Positions 24,601 through 35,052 of a stretch of DNA of 64,000 nt are shown in pieces. The notes beneath the pieces are model-generated. The model was not told the origin of the DNA and searched no databases. It saw only the letters and a program-made list of their open reading frames with translations. The stretch comes from Thalia democratica. Lineage: Eukaryota. A program made the position numbers and the translations under genes. The stretch is from NCBI GenBank assembly GCA_965202585.1, contig OZ241826.1, positions 76,074,001 through 76,138,000 of the forward strand, written 5' to 3'. Each line of letters opens with the position of its first letter. Position 1 is the stretch's first letter.

Positions 24601-27600
24601 TAGAACTACTTAAAAGTCATTATGGTGTTCATTAATTTCATTTCAATTTAGTTCTGTTTATTTAAGAGTTTACTGAAATTAATCATAAAATACAAATTTC
24701 GTAGATTGTTTGAATGTTTTTGAAATAAAATTTTTAGGCTACAGTGTTTTTCAAACAAACACAAGAAAAAATATCAAAGTGTTTAACAACATGTGTGTTA
24801 CTGATTGATGTAATTTACTTTCCCATGAAGCTTTATGTTTGTACATTGCAACGTATATCAACATTCTGTAATGAGCTTGACTTTTCTTAAACCTACTTAC
24901 TAACAAGTTGCCCTTAAAATCTTGTTTGAGTTTAGTTTCATTGCAAATTTAATTGATTGAAAACCTACTACACACTTTATAGTCAATAGTAAAAAAATAA
25001 AAGTGTGAATCACTAAATTAAAAAATGACAGTTAAAGTTACCAATATTTTGAAAATAAACTCAACTTATACAAAACAACAAACTTGCTATAGTTTGCAGT
25101 TTAATCCTTGCTATGAAATTTATTTACATTTTTGTTCACAGCGAGTTACCGCGCAGAAAATCAAGCGCAACTCACGCGCAAGTAACAAACTTCAGCAAAA
25201 AGTATTACGAAAGAAGCAACTCCATGGACAACTTACTGCAAGGTATGTTTTAACATACACATTTAGTTTTGTTGAGTATTAAAAAGAAATAGATTTAAAT
25301 AAAAATAAGTTGCATACATTGTACATTACTTCAAAAAAAGTATTTAAAAATTTTAGAAATTTGTAATCATTAAATTTACTTTAGTGCTTTGATTACTGAC
25401 CAAGTTTGATTATTAATCCTTTCTTATTAAAAGCTTATGAATTTAGTTCCAAGGATTTATAATATTACTTACTTGAAGTTTTACTTAAATGATGATTAAG
25501 TATTTTACTACTAGCTAATGCAGTTAAATGTTTAAATAGTAAAAGTATTTACTCATTCATTATGTATAAAAGTGCATAATAATTAATTTTCTAATTTTTA
25601 ATATTTTCGTTCAATTCAAAGTACCAACACTTGTTTTTAATAAACTTTATTTCTAAGAATGTTTTTTTTTCAGGAGATATTGTTATTTAGTTATTTATTT
25701 TATAAATAGTGCTAAATTTGTTTTTTTAACATTTTTTTATAAATAGGCTTCTTTTTTGTTAAAAAACCTTATTTTTACTAGTTTTTTCACAAAAAAATTT
25801 GTTCTGGTTTTGATTTTTCGTTAGCTTTTTTCAGTAGATCAATTATAAAAATTATTAAAAAACAATATTTTCATAATTAAATGCTATGATTAATTTTACT
25901 TGTTTTAAGGAAATATATTACTCCACAGACACTACAGCAACAAACGTACAACAGCAAAGCAACAGCAGGTTGAAACCGACAAACAGCACAAGTATGCGAC
26001 CAAGTTCCGCTAACAACAGCAGGAGTTCACTCAGTAGTGAGGTAATTAACTTGTATGTTTTCACGCTAAATTTTTGTAGTTAATCAGTTTAAACAGGTTA
26101 CTCAAAGTATTTGAAATTTTATGTTTACTTTAAAAGTATAAAATTTAAATACATTTGGTTGAACTGTGTGAACTATGTTGTATGTTAGAATACTTTCTAA
26201 AAATCTTATTTCATTGTATTTTTTTTTTAATTTTACTTATATTAAAAAAGTACTGAAATTCATTCTTAATTCAAGAGTGATTGTTTTTTTTCAAGTTTTA
26301 TCAAAACAATCAATCTTTTTATTTTTAGAATTTACACAGGTTTTATATTGTTGTGGCCAAATCAGATTTTTATGAATAATGTTCACGTTGTTTAAGAATT
26401 CTGAACGACTTTTTTTAATAGTGTTGTGTATAAGTACTGCCTAGCTGTAATACTAGATTTGTTAGATAGTATTTATCAGATCTGATGATGTTTTAAGGTT
26501 TTATAAAAATTACTAAAGTGTTTTTATACTAACCAGACAAGAAGAAGCAACAGTTCGAATACAAATATAAACCAGAACGTTGCCAGCAGACCGAGGTGTA
26601 GGGCCAGCAGGCATTCTAACAGGTACGTTTTTCAATTGCTATTTTACATATGCGTAAGAAAGATCTGAATGCTAAGGTAATTAAGCATATTTGCTTCTTT
26701 TCTTAAACCGCGAGTTCTTTGTCTAAGTTACTTACCATATTAGTCATTAAAAGTTTAATTGCTTTTCTTTTGTAAAGAAAACTAAGCTAACACATTCTAG
26801 TTTTTTTATCTAATTAAAGGACGACATAATTCGGTTTTTTTTTCTCATTTAATCTGCGATAATTTCGAACAACTTCTATTTTTTTAACTTAAGCCCAAAC
26901 GCTTAATTAAAACTTCTAACTTTCAATCTGCTTTTCATACAACTTTGACCTTGTTACCTATACGCAAGCAGCTATTTTAAATATTTTCCCGCCTTTTATC
27001 AGAATATTACCCAATCACAGCACGGTATCAACCACCGCATCGACGCTGTCTTCGCTCTCATCAACTTCTTCCTGCTCGATCCTGCCTTCGGTGTTTACCC
27101 AGCACCCGGACAGAATCGACGAGTCGGACGAGGGTTTGGAAGTCGAAAACGAACCGAGCTTGGACCAATCGGGTGAAAGGAAGTCTTCCGCGGCGGAAGT
27201 CAGCATCACGGAAGGTCCCAAAGAATGCCCTGAAACTTCAAAATCGTCAGAGGAAAAAGAATAGTAAGTTGTTTTATTTATTTTTTAATAAAAAGTAAAG
27301 TAAAAAACAGATTTTTAAACTTTTTAAAACCTTCAGTTTTTATTAGCTTCGTTTAGAATTTTAAATATATTTGTTTTAGCACGGAAAAAAAATCAGTTGT
27401 AAAAGCACTGAAGCAATAAAAAATTTTAGAAACAAAAGCAGTAAAATAATATTTACCTCAACTTTTTAGAAGTCAAGCTTTTTTTTAATAAACTATTTTA
27501 TTTATGTTAACAAAATTTTCGCAGTGTTAGAATCAAATCGCCGAAGCATCCCGATTTCGACACTTCGACTTACCGCATCAGGCCGCGCAGGTCACAAGAC

Positions 27601-30600
27601 ATCAGCAAACCTCCCGAGATCCCCACCATACCCAAGAGCGTGAGCGACAGGGCTTCCATGATCGTGGACGAGGTGGTCAAGAGCAGGAACGTCGGCAGGA
27701 ACAAGTTGACTCCTCCGCCTGCACAGAACGATGGAAGGTTCGTTACTGGAATATTTAGAAACTTGATCTTGCGATTAACTTGTGTTTGCTACTTTCAAAA
27801 CGTTTGCTGTTTTGTTTGGCTTGTTTATACTAAGTTGAATTTTTATCTAGTTTATAAACACACACTTCTTCTCATAGTGATATAGGGTTTATTAATTGTT
27901 TTATTTTAAATATTTAAAAACTTAATTTTACAGTTAAGTCGTGTTTACTACAATCTGAGCACAGGTTTTTTTACCTGACTTGTTTTTTCTAAGTTAATTT
28001 TTTTAATTAAAAAGATATAATTTTATGTTAATACTACTTATAACAGGGTCGCCACAAAACCTGGATTCCTTGAAAAACCTCAAATTTGAAAATTTAGACT
28101 AAAAAACCTGGAATCTGAGAAATTTTAAACAATATTTACATGTTAAGTAGTACAATTTTGATTTGACGCAAAAATCTATCATATAGATTAAAAAAAAGTT
28201 TCATCATCAAAAAAAAAAAATTTAATTTTAAGTAGCTTTACAGTATCTTTTCAATGTTGTTATACTAATTAAAACAGTTTTTAAACTTAAATTTAACTTT
28301 CAACTAAAAATAGACCCAAAAACGTGTACTTTTGAAAAACCTGGAAGAAGTTTCTCAAAAACCAGTGGCAACCCTGCTATAAGAAATTCAAAACTAAAAT
28401 TTTCTATCCAGTTTCAATTTTTATTCTAAACGGAAGTTTATAGATCTTTAAACTTTCTCTCAAAAAAATATTAAATGTTTTTTTCTTAAATTAAAAAAAA
28501 TACACAGTGATGAAGCCACCAGCAGTGAAGTTATAAGCCATCTTACTCCCGGTGATTTCCCTAACAAGCGACTCGAGGAAGAGCTGATCGTCGAAACAGA
28601 CATCGATGAAGTTTGCGGTGTGAAAACTCCCGTGAAAGTTTGTTGAAATTGTAAATTTTACTGCTTCTCATTGTAAAACTTTTTCCCTTGTTTAGTTTGT
28701 TGAAAAAAATGTTGTTTGCTTTTTGTAGACTTTTGGTTTTGAAATTGAAAACTCGATGCTGTTTTTATAGTTTCAGAATAAAGCTTTTGGCGAAAAAAAA
28801 CTAGCCGTTAGAAAGTATGTCAGCTTGTTTTTTAATTGTGAAATAAAAATGTGTTACAAATTGATTGTATTAAGTAGAAAAATTTTAAGTTATTGAGTTA
28901 ACAAAAGAACTTTTTTGAATAGCTTTTTCTAATTGATTGTTAATTTCACAGATTTCAGAAGATCCTCTACTTCCGGACCTTTCTCTGTCAAACAATTTTG
29001 CTAATGCACCAACACAAGTTAGTTTTTTTTAAATTTCATATAAAATTTTCCAACTATTGTTTATACAGCTTTCATTTTGATTAGTTTTTTTTTTATAAAC
29101 TTTATTTTTTAATTTGCAGACAACAGACTACATGGAGGGAGTTTTCAAGCAACCTTCTTATGACGTCATAGAGGAAGGAATCAAGAGAAGAATAAGAAAT
29201 AAGAGTGGTGACGTGCAAAACAATAAAAAGTAAGTTTAATTTTGTTACATTTGTTTACAAAAGTCTATAACTCAGTCAGATTTTATGTTTAAGCTAATTT
29301 ATAAGCTTTTAATGTATTTTTATAACCTGTGTTAAATTTTCCAAACTAAACACAATTTTTTATGTTTATAAATTAATGTTAATGCTAAATGATGCGTATT
29401 ATCAAAATTAAACTTTTATATAACCCTCTAGTCATGCAATTGTTATTAGTCGCAATTTTTACAAATCGTTTCTTCAAACAGCGCAACAAACGAAACTTGC
29501 TACCTGACGAGCCAATCAAAATCGAGGATGATGAACTCGATCGAGTGTGACGAAATTGTCAAAGAAGAGTCTGCTGAGGAAATTAACAAAAAGAAGGTTG
29601 ATAATTTGTTTTCATATACATAGCTACTTGACTATGTTACTTATATTTATAAGCTAGTTTTTTTTTAATAAATTTACAGTCTTTGAAAAAATAATTTAAC
29701 TATACGCAACTGCTAACTAGTAAAATAGAGTTTTAGTCTCATCTGTATTGAGTACAATTAAAATTTTACTGTTTTTTTTTGTAAACGAATTGCAATTTTA
29801 GCTGAAGCTGATAGAAAGCTTGCGTGTGAAGTTGTCAGAGCTTGAAGATACGACTGAGCTGCTGGAAAACGAAAAGAAAGAAAACGACTTTTTAGGTTTG
29901 CACACTTTACTATCTAAATAAAAATCGTTAAAGTGATAATTTGAATAAGAATCTGTATTTTGTTGTAAATTGCTGCTATGTTTGTATTTGAAAAAAAAAA
30001 CAGTTTAGTTTTCTCTCTGCAGCACAGTATTTGAGAGAACTTATCAATTGTTATAACTGTTTTTTTAACAATCGTGCCCGCCCACAGGAGAGTCGGTGTT
30101 GAAGCTGGTGAGGGAAACGTTCTCGCCGAAGGAGCAGGGCAAGTACGAGAACTTCGTGCGGGAGGTCGACAACATCGTCAAGCTTCTGATATCGCTGAGC
30201 GGTAGGATCACCAGGGTCGACAAGTCAATGCTGCAGTGCGAAGATTCCGATGAAAATGTTCGTTTTTTGATTTTACAATAAAAGTTTACTCATAAGTTTT
30301 AAAGTCAATTGTGGAAGGCACATGTATGCAAATGATGTTGTAAATATGTATTTAGTTGTAAGCTTTAAAATTGAAGTACATGAATGAATGAATTTCTTAA
30401 TGTGTACAAAATGTATATGTATTTTATAATATACATTGCATAAGTTTGGTAAAAAAAACTAATAATTTCTTTAATTAAAAATGAAAAGCTAAAAGTAGTA
30501 CAAAATGTAAAAATATATTAAATAAAGTACTATTGACTACATCTTTGTCTACATCTTGTTTTGAATTTCCAAAATTTTTACAAAAATTTCTCGCACAACT

Positions 30601-31215
30601 TTTTGAGCGTTTTTGCTTTCTCAAGTCGAAATGTTTTGTCTCAAATTTAATTTTGAAAACCGACAACAGGAAAAGTTAAAGGAGAAGAGGAAACTTTTGC
30701 TGGATCAACACAAAGAAGCGAAAATACTGAAGATCGAAACTGACAAGAAACAGATTAAAATATCCGAAATGCTCGCGTCCAAGTTCAATCAGGAGCAGGT
30801 GAATGTTTTATCTAACATTTAATTTTTCATGTCATCAAATACTCACATACGTTTTTTTTTGTTCTCTTAAAATTATTTGCAGTTACTTTTTAATTCTACA
30901 GAAAGTTATTCTTCGTAGCGTCATATTTTACTGTAAAAATTTTTATTGAAACTTCACTTGATCAAGCTAGCAATCTACTATATGAAGTTTTTCTGCACTT
31001 CAACAGAAATTAATTTAAACTATAATCAAAATAATATAAATATTGTTCATCAGTTCGAGGATTACGAGCACTTTGTGAAGATGAAGTCGGCGCTGATCGT
31101 GGAGAAGCGGCAGTTCGAGGAGCAGATGAAGGTGGGCAGGGAGCAGATGCAGGCGCTGATCGACACGTTGCCGGACGGCACCAGGGTGTACATTGACGAG
31201 GTCGACGAGCTGTGA
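15663..31215 (+). CDS. SHROOM: Shroom-family actin/Rho-kinase scaffold with C-terminal ASD2 domain; 26 exons, N-terminal exon(s) uncertain
   Basis: Exons assembled with GT-AG boundaries and consistent phases: 15663-15974, 16208-16366, 16543-16659, 17064-17166, 18181-18453, 18634-18911, 19250-19316, 20678-20811, 21388-21555, 22378-22488, 22972-23148, 23598-23747, 23953-24057, 25142-25242, 25929-26041, 26537-26622, 27003-27263, 27525-27737, 28508-28637, 28952-29017, 29120-29229, 29482-29596, 29802-29895, 30088-30257, 30670-30798, 31054-31215 (TGA). Recognised motifs: RPKSWHASK (vertebrate Shroom RPHSWHATK), SSRGSMDNL, GPVVWNHV. ASD2 signature: TTDYMEGVF...LIESLRVKLSEL...KYENFVREVDNIVKLLISLSGRITRVD...LLLDQHKEAKILK...YEHFVKMKSALIVEKRQFEEQMKVGREQMQAL. 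A few middle acceptors have in-frame alternatives (e.g. 19232 vs 19250). Confidence 0.9.
20946..21093 (+). repeat. Diverged tandem duplicate of the 3' part of Shroom exon 20678-20811 and its downstream intron (pseudo-exon or cassette exon)
   Basis: ACCCATTTACTCATTGAAAAATCACCCAAGCCC (TH-LLI-EKSPKP) matches ACCCACTCCCTCAGCGAGAAGTCGCCCAAACCA (TH-SLS-EKSPKP). The intronic block TGGTATGTCTG...TAAGTATT.AATGTT...AACTAGT occurs at ~20888 and ~21039. Confidence 0.75.
28044..28376. mobile_element. Same MITE family, copy 2 (in a Shroom intron)
   Basis: TIRs CAGGGTCGCCAC...GTGGCAACCCTG; flanks TTATAA / CTATAA (6 bp, one mismatch). Shares internal blocks with copy 1 (TTTGAC.CAAAAATCTATCA; TAGACCC.AAAACGTGTA; AAAACCTGGA). 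Confidence 0.88.
29120..31215 (+). CDS. SHROOM: ASD2 (Shroom domain 2, ROCK-binding) coding exons of the Shroom gene
   Basis: The last six exons translate to the conserved ASD2 coiled-coil (DYMEGVF; LLISLSGRITRV; HFVKMKSALIVE). ORF-track fragments 30096-30281, 30613-30822 and 30946-31215 are parts of it. Confidence 0.92.
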
Positions 31216-32263
31216 CGGTGGCGCCCGAGAGCCGTAAACACTTTCAATCGAACTTCGTACCAGGGACTTTTTTTTGGACTTTGCCGTCGTTGAATAAGAA
31301 CTTGTCACAAAATATTCAAACGTGTTTTTTTTTTCTCATCACATTAGTTTAATCATATTTTATCTAGTATTTGCTTGTTTTAATCGTGTTTTAGTGTTTA
31401 TTTTTTACATTTATATCAAGAATGTAAACATTTTATTCATAAAAAACAACAGTTCAAAAATACCTGTACAGTATATATTTGAATTCTAATATTCAAACGA
31501 ATATGTTAATAAGTTTTGGTTGTTTTAATTTTGTAAAATCTAGCCTATTACCACCTTGTGACTAGTAGACTTTTTATTATTTAGAAGTGAAATTTTTGAC
31601 TGCCTATTTTTCACTTTTAACTAAATATAGTCAATTGTTTTCTAGATATTTTACTAATGCTGTTGCCTTACAACAAAGTATTAAAAGTTAACTCGCTTGA
31701 CTTATTCGTATGAATAAAAAAAAAACTGAACGCTTTAATATTCACAGCACTAGTTCCTCTTGAATGCAAACGCATTATTAATGACTAACTTATATAGTTT
31801 TTTAATATGAAAGTGAACTTTTTTAATGGTGCATTTTTCTTTTAAATTTATTTTTGTTATTTTACTTGAAAAGTTGATTACTCTTGTTTTAATCGATATC
31901 ATTTTAAGTTACTGTTCACAATTGAGATAAAAACTTTTGCAACCGATTTCTTTTACTACCTTTTTTCGTCATATCGCCTGGTTATGCGCAGTTTTTGTTT
32001 TAATAAAATTTTTCCAACATTGTTATTTTTTCTTTTCAAATTGACTTTTTCTTTTTTACAAGTTCATGTATTTAAAAATAGCTTTACTCAACAAGAAGTT
32101 TTCACATGTATATTGAGTTTATGTTTATTTGATCATTCAAAGTACTTTTTTAAATATTTCGATGGTAGTTTTATAGAATGTGAAATTATAAGGGTGCATA
32201 CAATTAAGGCGAGTCAAAAAATAATATTAATTGTTTCATTACCCTTAACCCTGATCATTTATA

Positions 32264-32557
32264 CAGTGCATCCTCGCTAATCTGACCGTGTAGGGCAAGT
32301 TTTTATGTACTTATAGACTGCTAAATAAAGCCACTGTATTTTTTAATAATCTACCTCTCTATATAATGCATATAAAAAAACGCAAAATAATACTTAAGTA
32401 TTTTCACGAAACAATTATAATAGACAAAAAGAAAAATTTATTTAGATATGTTATAAGCATATAGCATTAATAACAGGATCTTAATGTTTAATATAATCAT
32501 TGATTTTAGCACAACTAATAAAATCTACTTCTCGACTTAAATATGCGAGGATATGTG
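32264..32557. mobile_element. Possible decayed Tc1/mariner-pogo-type MITE
   Basis: TA|CAGTGCATCCTCGCTAAT at 32262 resembles pogo/Tigger-type TIRs. A degenerate inverted match ATATGCGAGGATATGTG|TA lies at 32541-32559. Confidence 0.35.
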
Positions 32558-35052
32558 TACAACAACAACATAATTTATCGCTAATATTTCTTACCGTAGC
32601 TCATATAGTTGCCAATTCGTTCCTATTTAGAAATTTAAAATATTTTGTTTTTATAAAATTTTAACTCTTTTAGAGTTAGTAAAAAAGCAGTAGTCTTTTT
32701 TTTTTGCTTAGATCAGGGATTCCCAGCTGCGCAGCGTCAACCTTTAAAGTATTTTAGAAATAAGTGTAATAATTGTTTTACATATGTTTGCCATTCTCAC
32801 TAATTTATTTTGTTTATCAGAGGTTATTTGCTGAACTTAAGTTTTTAACGCTTTAGTTAAACTATGAATTGTCTTTTCACTTTATACAGTTTAGTTTAGT
32901 CTTCCTTTGTAAGAACTTTTGTTTAATCAAGCATAATTGGGTCTTAAAAGATATTATAAACTTAAATTGTTTATGTTTTTTTATTTAGGATTTTGCATAC
33001 ACAAGCATTAAAACTTGAAAGTGCATTTGTTAGAAATATTTCAAGCGGTTATGTAATTAATTTAAAATTTCAAAACATTTTTTTAGAATCGTGCAAAGCC
33101 GTGAGCATAGCTTTTAAAAGTAGATGGATTTAATAAAAAAGTGTATATTTAGTTTTCATGGTATAAACCTTTGTATTAAAAGAAAAATAAAATTGTTTTA
33201 ATGCTCTTTACTGTCATTTATTTGATATGAATACGCGTTTTAATAGCGACTAAGAGTATACACTTTTAAGGTTTTAAGGATGCTTAGGAGAAGTACTAAT
33301 TGTACACTTCGGTAGTAATGCTTTTTACTATTTTTTTTTTGTAATTGACCGTTTTCTTAGAGAAAATTTACTGTGTAAAACCTTTGACATAATAGCAAAA
33401 AAGCAAAATAGCTTTTTACCAATGTTTAGTCTGTAGAATAACAAACCATCATCACACTGATCACCAATAATCATTCATTTTCTTCCCATATATTTTATTG
33501 GTTGGTCGCTGTCCCGCTATTTTTTATATTTCGTTTTTTTGATAGTATTACCGTAAGTTGTTTCAAAGGTCTAATATCATTTATAAGCTCCGTAATTTCT
33601 GTTTTATGGTAGCTTTCTGTTGGTATAGTGGTAACTTCTCCAGTAAAATAATTACATTCAAATATTTTTTCAATTTATATTACTGATGTTGGCACAAATA
33701 TATGATAATTTAGAAATAAAATTTGAAGAAGTTTTTTAGTTATAATTTCGTAAAACATTGGATTAAACTTTATAATGATAATAATACCTTTGTTTCACAA
33801 CCTAACTAATATGAGAACAAAATATTTTCAGTCTGTTTTTTTTTTATTAATTCAGAGGTAATACATATTGTTGTAGTGTGAATGGTCTTATTTAATAAAA
33901 CCTTCAATGTTAAATCATTCAGCATTTTATGCTAGAAGGAATCTTTTTTTGTATTTATTATTAGTTATAAAAAGTTCAGTTTTGACATTCTAAATTTATA
34001 TCTTTTTAAATACTTACTCTATTATGTATAATACTATCAATATAATTATGTTTAAAATTTAAATTATAAACATGTTGCTACCGTAAGAGGTAACTTTTTG
34101 TAAATAGAGATGATATTTTCAAAGAATCACTTTCTATAACTGAAATTATTTACTTTATACTTGTTGAATATCTGTCTGTTTTTTTATACATTTAATTCGC
34201 AGTTTTAAACTTTTTATAGAATTCTTAACTTTATTCTTCTAACTAGAGCTATCATTAAGAAATAAAAAGATCTTTTTGAAATACAAACAATTTTTAAACA
34301 TGTTCAGTGCTTATCTGTAAAGCTAAAGTCTGACCATATCTTACTTCGTTGTATCAAGTAAATCTAACATAGTCTAATTACTAAAGTTTTATTTTAACTG
34401 TGTTGAAGTAAAACTCGTATCTTTAATGAATGTCTCAGTTTAAGATATTTCCATGACTTCGGAGTAATAGTTTATATATAAAAAACTTAGCAAAACTAAA
34501 AAACTTATATAAGTCAAAAAAAATGTTTGTATTATGATACATATATAAAGAGTTTTTTTTTACAAAAATCATGTAGCTTTTAAAAGTTTTTGTAAAATAC
34601 TTTCAAGTACTTATGTAAATACGTGTGTTTGTAAAAATATAAATAAAAGTTTTTTAACATTAAGAAAAAGACATTTGTTTTTTAAAACTAACTAGCATAA
34701 GTTTTATAAAATAATTTTCATAAAAAAGTAAAAAATACAAAAAGAAAAATTAGAAGAGATGTATATAAGTAAATAGCTTATATTACAAAAAGTTCTTTAT
34801 TTAATATTGTTTTTCAAATTAGTTAGCTCATATAGTTCAACTAGAAAAATTTTAAAACTGAAGTTTATTGTTGTAAGTTTAATCCCGTAATTTATTTTTA
34901 AAGTTCAAATTGAATTATTATTTCTTAATTTATTTCTTTTTGAAAATAAATATATTTTAACACTCGGCCTTTAATGCACTCGTAAAATATTAGAGATTTA
35001 ACAAACCAACTAAAAAACTCACAGTTGTAAAACAAATTTTACACAAAACAAA

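Noticed and set aside
28771-28814. Micro-exon candidate between Shroom exons 28508-28637 and 28952-29017
   Set aside because: It ends in phase 2 and would shift the next exon out of the frame that leads into the conserved TTDYMEGVF motif.
31984-32280. 98-aa ORF downstream of Shroom, and most other 60-100-aa F/L/I/K-rich ORFs in the track
   Set aside because: The composition reflects AT-rich non-coding DNA (TTT/AAA/TTA codons), often with TTG/GTG starts; no homology cues.
32716-32735. CAGGGATTCCCA, a hAT-like TIR
   Set aside because: No matching opposite end or TSD found nearby.
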